A DNA stretch of 64,000 nt, taken from NCBI GenBank assembly GCA_964247055.1, contig OZ176055.1, positions 8,618,001 to 8,682,000 of the forward strand, in the 5' to 3' direction. A model generated the notes under the pieces. The model was not told where the DNA came from. It was given only the letters and a program-made list of their open reading frames with translations, and made no database searches. Position 1 is the first letter of the stretch, and each line of letters begins with the position of its first letter. Of the stretch, positions 44,520 through 64,000 are shown in pieces. The position numbers and the translations under genes were made by a program. Source of the stretch: Paragordius varius (taxonomy: Eukaryota > Animalia > Nematomorpha).

Positions 44520-46407
44520 ATTTGTCGGTCAATTAACCACAATCTATATCCGATATTTCCTATTTTACCTTATGCTTTTTATTATGAAAAAATATTTTTT
44601 ATCTCTTTTTATCAATCATTCGATCGATTTAAGGAAATTGTCCATCCGCAACATAGGCATATATAATATTTCCTATTTTTAGATAATAAAAAAAAAAATA
44701 AGGTGTACTTATGTATAAAAATACAGGTAAATGTTTTTTTACGAGATATATCTTATTTTATTTTTTTGTAAAACATCAAGTAAGTAAGTAAGCATCTTTT
44801 TATCAAAATTTTATATTTTTTATGTTTTTATCATTATTAATTTCCTCCTTCCGATACCAAACTCTTCTTGCTATTTTCCTTCACCTTTGCTAAGCCTTAG
44901 AAAAAAAAATGTTGTTGAATTTTATTTTTACGTCAAACTTTATTGTGACTGACTATATATATATATATATATATATAATTTTATTTAATATACTTGAATT
45001 ACATATAAATACCTTAAATAATTAATATATTGACTCTATTTTTACTATATATTTTATACCGCCATTAAATCTGACTAATATTCTCTCTATATACATAAAA
45101 AATTGAGAGTCCCTTTTATTCAATATAAAAAGTACTTCAACTTCTAATATAAAAATAAAAAAATACCACAAAATAAATCTTATATTATTCACATTCGACT
45201 ATTTCATCTTAATTTTAATATTATTATTATTATTATCATTATTAAAACAATATTTAATTGTATTGTATTCAAAAAAAACTATAAAACAAAAAAGGACAAA
45301 ATTTTCGGTGTTACAATTGCCTTGAAGCCATATATATATATGTATATATTTTGGATAATATACATTATATATTTCAAAGATTTTTTTTAACAATTAATAA
45401 TAAGATATAAAAAAGAATACTTTATAAAAGCTGGATAAATGAAATATATTTAAATGCGACAAACTTTTAAGCAAAAATCGAGTCAATATACCTCAATACA
45501 CGGAAAATTTATACATACATACATATATAATATAAATATACCGCCGAATTTTTTTCCTTTACTAGAAAATTGGACTTGCTTTTTTGTGAAGAGAGAAAAC
45601 AAAGTCTATGAATAATTAACCAAATTTCTTTACATATAAATTTCGAAAAAAAAAACCAAAAAAAATTTTTATAATATAATAAATTCAAAAATTTTTGGTT
45701 TGATAACCGCACTTTTTTTACCTTTGTCGGTATATTTTTCATAGCTGTTGTTTACATTATAGCAAATATAAAAGAGTGGACAAAGTACACTCGAGAATCC
45801 TCTTATTATACAATACATTTTACGAATTCAAATAATAAATGTAATAATATTAACATTTAAAAAGTAGTGATCTATAATAATATGTTTTTGATTAACTTAA
45901 GTACCTTTTTAAATAAACCACTTGTTGACTTTATTGAATTGTAGTGTATTAAAAGATGAGATGACATAATTTAAAACCATGTGTCTCCGGAGACTACCCC
46001 CTACTTGAAATGAAAATGTAAAAATCAAACATTTTTTCCCCCTAAAATTAGTAAAAAACAATTTTTATTCTATCAAATATATATTAATTTATTATTGTAA
46101 TATTAACAGGTGAAATTTTGATTTAACTTATTTAAACATATATATAAGAATAATACAGAAGACAAGAAATTATTGGTGGTATTGTTAGGTAATTTCGATT
46201 TTTATGATTATATTATTATTCGGAAGAAATCATTAGGCGTTAACAACATACTTTTACTCCAAATAAAAAACACAGATTTTTGATTTTGAAATGTCATAAA
46301 ATAAATAATTTAAATACATAATACATAAAAAATATTTGTAACATGGTAGGTAAGTAAGTAATTTTATTTTAATGGGGGGGGGGGGGATTTCATATGATCG
46401 TGAATCC

Positions 46408-49400
46408 TTAAATAAGGAAAGGAACATATTGTTGCCTATTGACCGATGTTGGTCCGATCATTGAATAATTACTGTTATGGTTGTTTATGCAATTATTTTC
46501 ATATTTTAACTGTTGTTGTTGATTATGTTCATCGGTTTCTGAAGTTGAATTTACAGAGTTATCTGTTAAGGATGATGAAGTTTCAAGACTATTGCAATTA
46601 CTAATATTAATGTGACTCAAATTAGGATTTGGAGCTAGAAAGCTTTGGGGGTAATATGGGTGTGGAGTTACGATTTCTTCCATTTGATATAACTTTCTTG
46701 GGTCTTTCATAGTATTTTTGTGAACTAAATTGTTTGTGTTAAATTGCTCAAATGGGCTGGTATTTTTAACATTTTGAAAACTATTTTGATTACTATTTTC
46801 AGGATTATGGTAAATATAATTATTATTGTTAACATTTGACCTTTCTTTTGTTTGGTGGTGTGAGGGAGAGCGGTTGTTGATGGTTGTTAAATCACTCGGT
46901 AGGGCATATAAATTTGTTTTGCCTGTCCCATGGCTAATAGATAAGGCATATTGATGGTAATCTTTTGGATAGTAATGATTAATTATTGAATTATTGATTA
47001 CATCCATACTGCCATAATTTAGGATACTATTATTGTAATTAGTATTACCATTATAAAGGTATGAATTTATGTTGACTGGAGAAGAGGTGTAATCAGTAGA
47101 TAACATTATTTGATTTAGATGATTTTGATTTTGATGATTTGGGATTAAATCATTCCTGTTAGGCTGTAATAAAGGTATTGGTATATTAGTTTGATCCACA
47201 TCTCTGGATAAAGGAATTGGTTCGGAGGAAGCAAGAATGTTATATCGATTATTATGGATATTATTGGTATACCCAGGGGAGGATTTCATTTGTTCGTTTG
47301 AATGACAAAAATTTGTCAGTGTTGATGTGTTACCTCCTGTTACCACCGTAACAGAAAAAGGTGGTGTACAGTGGCCATTTTTAGTTGGACCATTATTTCT
47401 AGCATTGCAATCTGTGAAAACTATGGTTGTCACCGTAGATATAAAAATTTCAGGCTTTAGATGATTAATATTTATGCAATTTTGATCGGTGGATGATGGT
47501 AGTAGACTACTACCTTGCCAAGACAAACTTTTGAGTGAAACATTGTCAGTGGTGTCTTTACTATTTTCTTCGGTAGTTTCGTCCTCATCACCATCGAAAT
47601 CGGGGGAATAAGCGCCATCTCCATCTTCCCCTTCCTCGTCAGATTTTCCTGGGTTATGTCTCACAATTTTTTTGTATTTTGAGCGTCGATTTTGGAACCA
47701 AATCTTAACCTATACATACCACCAAAAAAGTAAGTTTAGTTAAAGAAAAAATGTGTTATACTATATGTTTAAGTTGCAAAAATGAGTTAGTTTAAATTGA
47801 AATGAAATTGGATTTGATTGGCTGGTAAATTAACATAAAGGCAGTCAATTTTATTTAGTTTTCATTTTTGGCTTTGGGGGGGTCATTTAGTCGGGGATAG
47901 GGTCATTTAGCATGATTTATTATTTCACTTATAAAAAATTATTCTCGCTAAAATTTTATAATATTCGCATCAGTTATTTTCAAAGAATATCAAATTTAGT
48001 CTAAATTATTATAAAGACGTTTTGTTCTATGCATACTATTAAAAAAGTTTGTTTTTCTACGAATTAATCACAGTTAGATTTTTTCGCTTATAATATAAAA
48101 ACTACTTTCTTTAGGGTTATTTTAAAAAATAATCGTAATTAACAGGTGCTTATTTTATATGGATTACAGTTTGACATTTATTTATATGTTGTAAATATAA
48201 CCGAGGTTACTATAAAATTTAAATGTTTTACATTTCATAAAAAATACTTATAGTTTGCTATGGGTTTTTAAAATATGAAACAATTATATTTACCCATTAT
48301 TATTTATTCATTTATATTATAAAAACTTAACTTTTGATCAAATTTTTGTCATTTAACTAAATTAGAAAATAAAATTAAATAAAAATTAAAACCTGAGTTT
48401 GGGTTAGACCAAGGGTGGCTGCTAACTCAGCCCTTTCAGGCAAGGCTAAATACTGAGTCCTTTGAAATCTTCGATTTAATTGTTGCAATTGAACACTCGA
48501 GTATATCGTCCGTGGTTTTCGTAGTTTTTTATTCTTGTATTTTGCTATAAAATGGATATATATTTCCAACATATTTTTGTTTTTAGTGATAAAATTTTAA
48601 AAATATTAGATAATATCGTATTATATATGTATATAATATGCTAAATTTGACATTCAAGGTTTTTATTGCGACAGTCTACTTCATTTTTCCAAAATTGTTT
48701 AAACAAAAAACAACACATAAAGTTTTGATTGACATTTAAAATTAAAAAAATGTTAAGCGTTAGCGATTAGTTAGTTAGTTGTCTTAAGATTTTATTTGGA
48801 AAATTGGTTAACTTTTTAATCATGAAAAATAAGTTTTTGTATTTATTACAAAATTTACTTAAAATCTAAATTAAAATTATTTAAAATACGACAAATATGA
48901 GGAAATACAACTATTTATCTTAAACCAAACTTTTCGACCTTGGATAAATTTAATGCTATTTTTGATGCAGTTCCTTATTAATTTTAAAATAGAGATTAAA
49001 TTGTCTAAATTTTCTTAAGATTTTAGCTTTATTAGTTTTTCATATGTCAGGCTATAAAATCAATCGCGATAGCTAAACGAAACTTTCTTAGACCAACTAT
49101 TTTTTCCGATTTTTTATACATAATTCAATAATTATAACATAATTAAATACTTTCAACATCTCTGTATGCAGTTGTTGATTTTTTCAAAGAAAGATCCCCA
49201 TTCTGAGAGCTATATGGGTGATAAGGCGTGTTTCTATACGAATTATTTATTGAGGGGCTGATATTTGAAGTAGAAGAATTATTTATTTTTATAATATTTC
49301 TACCCGCATTATTTTTATGTTGTTGACTATTATAATTTGTAGTGTTGTTTTGAACCGATTGATTAACCGTAAAAGGTGCAGTTTGATTCGATGACGATGA

Positions 49401-49748
49401 AAATGTGGGAACTATATCGATGATTGAATAGGAAGAATTGTTTAAGGATTTTTTATTTTCAACATAGTTGTTTGGGGATAATCCATATATATGATTTGGA
49501 TAATTCGGATTAATGTCATTACTTTGTTGATGATAAATTAGGTTGGAATTACAGTTGATACCATCGTGGTCTTCATCGAGAAAAAACTTTTTATTAAACA
49601 TATTTTTGAGATTAATAAGCTCAGATTTTTCAATAGTGCTGTTTGATATGGTGGCATCAGGCGTAACATTTAAATTGTTTAAATTATTTTCAATAGCATA
49701 ATTATTCCTGTTGTTACCAATATTGTGATTAAAATTCATAATATCCAT
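46408..49748 (-). CDS. Dll: Distal-less homeobox protein, 3 exons (49748-49151, 48544-48393, 47709-46408), about 680 aa, Asn-rich
   Basis: Spliced homeodomain [46 protein letters not shown]|[14 protein letters not shown] with the usual intron before VKIWFQN; exon phases are consistent. Confidence 0.95.
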
Positions 49749-49846
49749 TTTATGCTGCGGATAAAACAGAAAATATAGAATAAATTATATATTTTGTATA
49801 CCAAACAGAATTTTATTTTATTTTAAAAAACATTTTACTAAATAAA

Positions 49847-49848
<2 letters not shown>

Positions 49849-49907
<59 letters not shown>
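49849..49907. repeat. (TA)n microsatellite of about 30 units, ~100 bp upstream of the Dll start codon
   Basis: Directly visible; shorter (TA)n runs occur near 44478-44513 and 44954-44977. Confidence 0.95.
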
Positions 49908-49910
<3 letters not shown>

Positions 49911-52900
49911 AATCCATATAGCGACAAATATTCTCGCGCATTATAAAAAAAATAATAAAAAAACGAAGAGGTCTGTCACTTAAATGATTGACGTATGTTT
50001 TTTTATATATATATCGATAAAAATAAAAATATATTTAACCTTAATTTCTATTGATAAAAAATTCCAAATAAATAAAATTTTTATTAACCGGATAAGATGT
50101 ATTTAATAAAAAATAAAAGTTAATATAGAGTTCAAAGAATCTAAATTTATGGGGAGGTTTATATAAAGTTTAAAAAAATTTTTTAGAAAAAATTGTAAAA
50201 AATTATTAATAAGTTTAAAGTTAAATTTTTCCCAATAATTAACGGGAACTTTTATATCTATATATAAAATTATATGATTATGCAATAAAAAATTTTTATG
50301 TGTGGGATTGATTGTGGAAAGAAAATGAAAATATATAAATGATATTGATAAAATATATTTATATATATATAATAGCAAATATTTCTGTCGCCTGTTATTT
50401 GTAACATCTATTGTCATTTATAATAAGTGAAATTATTTTTGATTTTGTAATATCTTAAAAATTTTAATCAGATCTAAATACATATATTTTTAAGTGGTTT
50501 TAAAATTCTTTTGTGATGTTTATATATAAAAGTTTATTTAACTTAAAGAGTGTTAGTTATTTAAGATTTTTATATTTTAACCATAAAATCATTTTATATA
50601 AATATATAATTTAAAATTCATTATTGCAAAATTGAGTTTTTTTTCAAAAAAAATAAATAAAACAAAATTTAACACCAAAAAATAAATTAAAAAAAGTTTT
50701 AGAATGTCTAAAATTATATTTTAAATCGCGTGTGTAGCCATTTTGTCTTTCCTATTAATATTTATGAATGTGTTTTTTTGTGCTTCAAAATATGAGAATA
50801 TGAAAAAAAAATAATTGACATTTTTCCACCATACTTTTTTTATAAAACACAAAAATTAATATTTTAATAAACTAATTTATAATACTATTTTTTATTATTT
50901 TTTTATTAGCAACAACAAATATTTTATGGGATGATTCTCGACTACTAGAAATAAATGAGATTTCAAATATTATACCTGTAAAAGTTCAAGTTAAAACATT
51001 TTTTATATATATGTATATAATTAAGCGAGCGTAAAAAATTACCTAATTTTATATTTTATTATATATATATATATATATAAATAAATATAAAATTGAACAA
51101 AATAAATGTTGTGAGATGTTTTAAGAATTTTTTTAACAAAAAAAATAAAAAAAGGAAATATATCATAAAATCCACAGTTCACCTTTTTAAATAGTATAAT
51201 AATAAACTCAACTTATAAGATGATATATATATATATTATATTGCGAATTTACCTAATGTTAAGAAAAATATTAAACCTATAATTATTTTGGTATTATTTT
51301 TGTTATATATGTATATACATCATTTTGTAGCATATATTATATATTTTAACATTAGAGGCACCTCAGATAATAAACCAAAAACCAAAATTATTACTATTTA
51401 TTTATTAACCTTAAAATATTAATAACCAACTATATTCCCTTCTCACGCCTTCCTGGAAAGCTTGAACACTCATATGAAAATTAAATTTTTATTTTTAACA
51501 ATCATTATGATATAAAATAAAATCAAGAAAATTTAAAATATCTAAAATCTATAAAAATGAAAAGAGAATTTCATATTGATAAATTTTATTTTTAACATAA
51601 TTGTTCAAAAAACAAATCATTTGGATATTGCAAAGGTGAAGTATATAGTACCTAATAAATCATAAATAAATGTCCTTTTTTGGTTTTTTACACACAGAAA
51701 ATTTTTAAAGCTTAGCTCACAAAAAAATTTATGACATATCAATGATATACAACCTTAAAGAATTGAATCTATAATGTATATTGATTCATTAATAATTCTC
51801 ATTTGAGATTGTATGTAGTATTCAAAATCTTTTATCATTTCTTCTCCTTAAAGAATATGTTTAAAAAATTGGTCGTCCTTTTATATATATAGGTTTTTTT
51901 GTATGGTTGAATAAATTTTTAAGTCATTTTTTGTCTGTTCTATTCTATTCCATTCTATTTTATTCTACATGTTTTGTGTACGTCAAGGTTTTAAATAATT
52001 TATAAAGTCGTACTTTTTGTGTGGTGCTTTAAAATTTTTTTCTTCATATGCTACACACACGAAAGGTTGAGCAGGTAAAAATATATTTATCTAAATGTTA
52101 AGAATTAGGTTTTTTTGGCTATTTATTAACCAAGACAAGAATAAAAAATAGAATATATATTTTTATTTAAAAAATAAGGTATAGTTTAGTTGTGTCTTTC
52201 TGTTTCGAAATTTCCTTTTATATAGCGATATATATACATCACTAATGATTATTGATTATGGATAGAAATAGCAAATGATAATTTTTTATACATCTTCCAA
52301 AAAATAAATGTCCTGTTTAATATCTCTTTTTTTTGCTATTTGCGTTTGAGAATGTATGCGTGCAATGCAAAGCTAATATATTTTTGGTATGTACTTTGAG
52401 AGAAATAGAGTTAATACTAGATGGCTATAATATAAAGTTTTACTTTATCTATTCCCACAATATAGATAGGTATTTGATACATAAAATTTGAGTTTTTTTT
52501 GGCAAAAAAATGTGTGTTATCTTGTTACGTGCGTACTAAATTAAGAAAAATCTATTTAAAAAGGATAGATAGATAGATCGATCAGAATTACTAGTGTTTC
52601 TTATTTTTCACGAATCCTAAGAAAATGAAACATTAGTTTTTTGACATTGTCGCTGTTTTATATCAGCATTTTTGGATTAAAAGGGTAAATCTTCCTAATG
52701 TGCTACTATAATATAATGAGATCACATAAGGTAAAAAAAAGCCTGTCCGTTGTTCTGTTTTAAAGGGAAAATGTTTTAAGTATTTTAAGGCAAATAAAAA
52801 TAATTTGTGATTGAGTTATTTTAACATAATAAAAATTTTAAAATTCATATACTATAATTTTAATTCAATGACAAATTTAATCGGTGCAAATTAGACATAT

Positions 52901-53177
52901 CTTTCGGCTTTTAATTAGATTATATATAAAACAGTTAATTTTAATATCAACCGATGTTATATTTTAATAACAAAACTAAAAGTGTAAAATGTTGGATTGG
53001 GTGAACATTCTCATTTTGGACGAAAAGCAGCCAAAAGATTAAAGAATATAACTATTAAATACAAAATAAAAAAAGGAATATCTTAATTATGGTGAACTAA
53101 TGGATAAATCAAATAATACCCAGTCATAATGAAACTTCAAAAAAAGAATTTTGAATCATATCAAGATCATTTGTGTA

Positions 53178-54296
53178 CCAGGTCTGGTCTAAGTTATTAC
53201 CGGTTTAACTAAGATAAGACGTCAGCGAATGTAGACGATTAATTTAATACTATTAGGTCCATAACACTAAACGAGAAACACGTTTATCAAAAAATTAACT
53301 TATATTTATCACTCAGTCATCATGTCGAATTTTATGCCTGAAAAGAATGCGGCACGCATAGCCATCAAATGAAAAAGGCTGAATATAGATTGTTTGCTGG
53401 CAATAGCATACTGTACTGAGAATATGTTCTATCGATTTACCATGTAAAAGATGATTTCGCAACATTAAAATCTTTTATAAAGAGTTTGGGCGACTGGTAA
53501 ACCACATAGTTGTGAAGAATATCTAATGCAAAGTTATTGGTTGATAACCCAACTGAGACTCAACAGCAATTGTCAGTATCATTCCATGCATCGCAATATC
53601 ATTCAGCAGAAGTCTTTTATCAATAAAAAGATTGATAATGCGTTCTGACCAGAAAACTTGAATCCAATTATCAAAAATCGCTAAATGGCTTGAAAAATCC
53701 GCTTTCGCGAGGAAAATTTTTATCAAAATGTGAGGAGAATTCTCTTGATTATGTAAATCCAAAGCAGAAAAATTGTAGCTTTTACCTTTGAAAGACTGGA
53801 AAAAAACTCCACTCTGCGTCTGATAATACCAGAGCGATATTGTGTATTCTGAACTTTTAAAAACCCATTGAAACCGTTAAAACACAACGCTATCGCCTAC
53901 AATAAACCATGGATTAATGCAAAAACAACAGGAATGGGCCAGAAGACATGGCAAATTGACAATGCTCCGTCTCATACAGCAAAACCAGTGAACAGCTTAA
54001 AATCCCTTCGATGGATTTGCGCATCATCTGAACTCTACTGAACTGGCCCATCTTACTAAAAAAACTTCGCATTAATAGAGCACACCCTCGAAGAGCAGTA
54101 TTTCAATAATTTGAAGACGCTGAAAAATGGCTTGATGAATAGTTTCAGAAAAACAATCAAATTTTCTGGGCATTCATATGCTACCAGGGAAATGAAAGCC
54201 GATAAATATTTTACACGGACTAAAAATTTGATTTCCTTTCTTAAATGTTTTTTTGCCAAAAAACCGATAAAATTTTTAACTACACATAACTGATAT
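53178..54296 (+). mobile_element. Degenerate mariner element of the same family as 41516-42604
   Basis: TA-CCAGG left end; shared 5' region (acgtcagcgaa..acactaaacga..atgtcgaattttatgcctg); DNAPSHTAKPV and ..EKWLDE remnants. Confidence 0.8.
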
Positions 54297-54832
54297 TTTA
54301 CTGCAAATTATATAAAAGGGTAAGTTGCTTTAGTTGAGTAATGCAAATTAGCAAACAACATTTTAAAATTAAGTGCGTAGAGAAAATAAGTTTTTTTTGC
54401 TTTTTCTTCTATCCGTCGAAAATCGGGGCAAATCCATGTGGTGGGCTTAGAAGTTCTATATAAACTATGGCACATATGTGGATTACAGAGACCTACACTA
54501 AAATACGACCATTTAAATTTTCTGTTTTTGGGAATATTTTTTGAGCGGAGAAGGATGGAGATTATATGTTTGCCAATGGAATCATTATTAATAAAATGCT
54601 AATAAGGGTTCGATTTCTATTTGATTTGCTTAGAATGAACCATTTTATATGACAAATTCTACTCTATTTCCAAAGAATTATCTTAGTTGTTCGTATAAAA
54701 AACATTTATTAAATTCATATATAGTTAGTTATATTAATATGTAAGTATGTATGTGTGATTTTTTGTAAAAAAAATATATAAAACAAAAAAGACAAATTAT
54801 AAAATATTGCATTATCTTTTTTTTATTTTTTA

Positions 54833-60899
<6,067 letters not shown>

Positions 60900-62749
60900 A
60901 CAAAAAAAAACTAAAATAAATATAAAATGCAAAAATAAAAATAGATATACAAATTATTCAAAATTAATTTTATATGTAGATATGAGTCAATGACTCGCAA
61001 ATTGGTACATCGGAACTCAAGCGAATCTCTGAAAATCTATGGTTAACAACCTTAACCTAATGCTTTTAACCATATGGCCAGTTTTTTAATTAATCCAGCT
61101 AAAATCGTAACTGTGTTACGAAAATAATATCTGTATCATCTATCTCTCTAATCTAATTAATTTTTTTTAAATTAAATATTTTAAATTTAGATTTATTCAG
61201 TTTTTATAAGTTAGTTATAATTTAAATATATTATTTTATTAGTTTATGCATAAAATCCAGATGCATGAATACAAAATTCTGACAAAACATGTTTTATATG
61301 GTTATAACTGTTTTTTACAGATATTACTATAGTAACTCTTATCTCAAAAACAGTAAATTACATTTTTTTTTGTAAAATTCTAAGTAGGAGTCTGAATTAT
61401 TAAAATATATTTTTTGGTTAAGCGCACATAATTTAGAATTTTTATAAAAGGGTGATTTAGGGTGGAGAGACACTATTCTATACAATATATTTTCTCATAT
61501 CCACTGAGATCATGATGAATATAACTAAATTTGCCGAAAATATCTTTTAATCCTAAGTAAAACTGAATTTTCAAGTTTTGATCTTATAAAACGGAGGCCT
61601 ACAAAATTGGTTTTTCATTTAACGGTCTTTAAAAAGCTATGCACTCTCTATTTTTTAATAGATACATTTTTAATATTTTATTTTGTATGGGAAACCGATT
61701 TTAGTCATATAAGTTTATTATACACTAATTTTTTACTTATATGTTGGACCATTCTTGCATTCAAATTTAAACATAAAATCCGACGTCTTAAAGGTGAAAC
61801 TTATCAATAAAACTTGGGAACGTCAAAAACAGATGTTTTCATGTCAAAAATAGCTTTAAAACCGGTTCTATTTTCATAATAACTTTCTTCGAAGCTGCTT
61901 TGTTATAAAAAATTGGTTTAGTAAAAACCGTAAGATTGGATATAACTTTCAAAATCAAATTTTAAATCTTTTTTTATAACAAATAAACATATTTATTGCA
62001 AAGTCTATTTATTTCGTAAAATACATCAATGTTTTCCTAAATCAGTACATTTTATCTTTTATTATAAAAAATGAATATGATAAAAATAGCCATTTCCATG
62101 AGTTCAAATATCGAAATTCATCATTGAGAATATAAATAATGAAATTCGGAAATTCAACTGATATCAGAATGCAAATGTATAATTATTTAAATTACCTAAA
62201 TTTATTTTCTATACCAAAATACGGGTGGCATGCATGGTCAATTTTGAAAACTTTTATAAAAAAATATGATGATATTAGAGTTAGCTCAACTATTGATAAT
62301 CGTAATTTCGAATAAAAAAACCAAAATTAGTAATTTCTTCTGATTCCAAATCGACTTATAGGACTTGTTTAAATATTTTTTAAAGACGTTTTTAGGTCCT
62401 ATATCAAGCCTTGCATATAGACACTAAAATTATATTAGCAAATATTTTCCAATTTGTATTAATCATATAATTGTCCCCAAACTAATGACAAATATTGAGG
62501 CAAGAGACCTAACCTATAGAGATGGGCAATTGGGTATAATTTTTTTATGGATAATAAAAAAGACCAATTAATATTAAATATAAAAAGGCAATTAATTTTT
62601 CTATATTAACTTATCGCATGCGGGATGTGCGGGTCTTTTGGAAAGTTTTCTCTGGCACAAATATAATTGTTAATTAATTATTTTAACAATTATTTATTTA
62701 TTTTTTATGGTATTTAGCAAATTAATCGCGTAAAAAGTAAAGATGATAT

Positions 62750-63364
62750 TTATTCATAGTGATTGTTATTAAAATATTTGTGCAATTGTTTGACTTTATG
62801 CCTTCTAGATAATCCGTGTTGGCGCATCATTTTTATTTTCAAATAATCTATGAATTTTATAATGATAAAAAAACTTGTATTTTGCATGGGAGATTCATAT
62901 TTATTTGACATGTCAATGTCCCATCGCCGATATTGAAAATTTTCAAACTTTTTAACCATTTCGCGAAATTTAATATTATTTAACGGTTTGGTCATTTTAT
63001 TTAGGGTTTGATAAAACGTGACAAATATTTCATGCTGAGTCATCAACTTCAAATATATTGGGTTTAATTGGACACCCATGGTATTTTTCAAACTAATTTT
63101 AGGTTCGCATAGAAAAGGACGTCTCTGAAATTTATTATCAATGCTTCTTAAAACAATCAGTATCGCATGAACAATGGTTAATGTATCATTATTATCTTTT
63201 GGGTTTTGACAAATGATCATATAAAAATTGCGACATCTCCAAAACACAATATTTTCTTTGTTAAAATATTTTTCTTTACGAGTTTTATGGCAAATTAACA
63301 AAGGACTGTTTTGATATTCAATTACTTCCATATTAACTGCAATCAAATAAAATCGTCTGATCAA
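62750..63364 (-). CDS. Unassigned 204-codon open frame, possibly the terminal exon of a gene starting further right
   Basis: Long stop-free frame in very AT-rich DNA. It begins with TTG, not ATG; a candidate acceptor (ttgatcag|) lies near 63357 and the first ATG gives MEVIEYQ. No family recognised with confidence. Confidence 0.4.
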   Translation of the reverse strand: MIRRFYLIAVNMEVIEYQNSPLLICHKTRKEKYFNKENIVFWRCRNFYMIICQNPKDNNDTLTIVHAILIVLRSIDNKFQRRPFLCEPKISLKNTMGVQLNPIYLKLMTQHEIFVTFYQTLNKMTKPLNNIKFREMVKKFENFQYRRWDIDMSNKYESPMQNTSFFIIIKFIDYLKIKMMRQHGLSRRHKVKQLHKYFNNNHYE

Positions 63365-64000
63365 ATAAATTTATTACAGTATATATGCAATTGTATATCA
63401 TATGCGTTGACAAATAAATGAGGGAGCATATCTCCTATCAAATAATGCGTTATATCACAATTATAATTGCAAAAAATTAACATGAAAACATATTATTTTA
63501 TCATTATTTATATAAGTAACTCATTTCTAATAAAAACATTTAACTAAATTTGTAGTAGGTCGTCAAAAACATTTATCTTTAAAAGAACTAATATATTATA
63601 ACTTGTAAATTATTTGAAGATTCAAATTCAATGCTAATTAATACTAGAAATTGGTCCACATATGGGTTAAATTAATATAATAATAATTTTAATGCGCTAT
63701 ATCTTAAGTAATATACTCAAAAAAGTAATTATAAAAAAATAGAGAGTATTATATGTAAAATATCCGATTTGTCTTATATACATCTAATGTGTTTACTATG
63801 CTAAATTTTTTAATTAAATATATATATATATAATGATTTGATTTTGACTTATAATAGTAGGCTAACTTAAATATAAAAATTTCGTTGATATATTCAATGG
63901 AAAAAAATTAAAGAAAATAATTGCAATTATGCATACTTCCATAACAAAATAAAAGGATAAATGTCTTAAAAAGTTTTGAGTTTCTTTAAGTATGATGGTG

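Noticed and set aside
40170-45742. Short ORFs rich in F/I/K/Y/N (40170, 40890, 42754, 43486, 44196, 45199, 45509)
   Set aside because: Composition simply mirrors AT-rich non-coding or TE DNA; no motifs or splice support.

Overview
Very AT-rich genomic DNA from an invertebrate animal; the Distal-less homeodomain is protostome-like, but the taxon cannot be fixed from sequence alone. Seven spliced genes can be reconstructed by hand: the 3' end of NDUFS1 (+); a complete 12-exon NDUFS2 (-) converging on it; a TMCC/TEX28-family gene (+) head-to-head with NDUFS2, only 68 bp between start codons; a TSPN-domain FACIT-like collagen (+); SERINC (-); Distal-less/Dlx (-); and a clade-A fibrillar collagen (-) with about 48 introns, almost all 21-37 nt. 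A 204-codon ORF near the right end is unassigned. Long introns and intergenic DNA carry two abundant TA-flanked MITE families, three mariner fossils, a non-autonomous Helitron, hAT- and piggyBac-like elements and a ~1 kb foldback. The most unusual signals concern splicing: (i) the 2.8 kb NDUFS2 intron 6 is a tandem array of the exon-end/donor junction giving repeated TTTTAG|GT sites, candidate recursive-splicing ratchet points; (ii) ultra-short introns with minimal GT..AG signals coexist with long introns filled by hairpin-forming MITEs. Also notable: Dlx beside a clade-A collagen, SERINC beside a FACIT-like collagen, a shared SKGPPL motif in both collagens, and a ~55-aa insertion in NDUFS1. 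All coordinates were counted by eye and may be off by a few bases.
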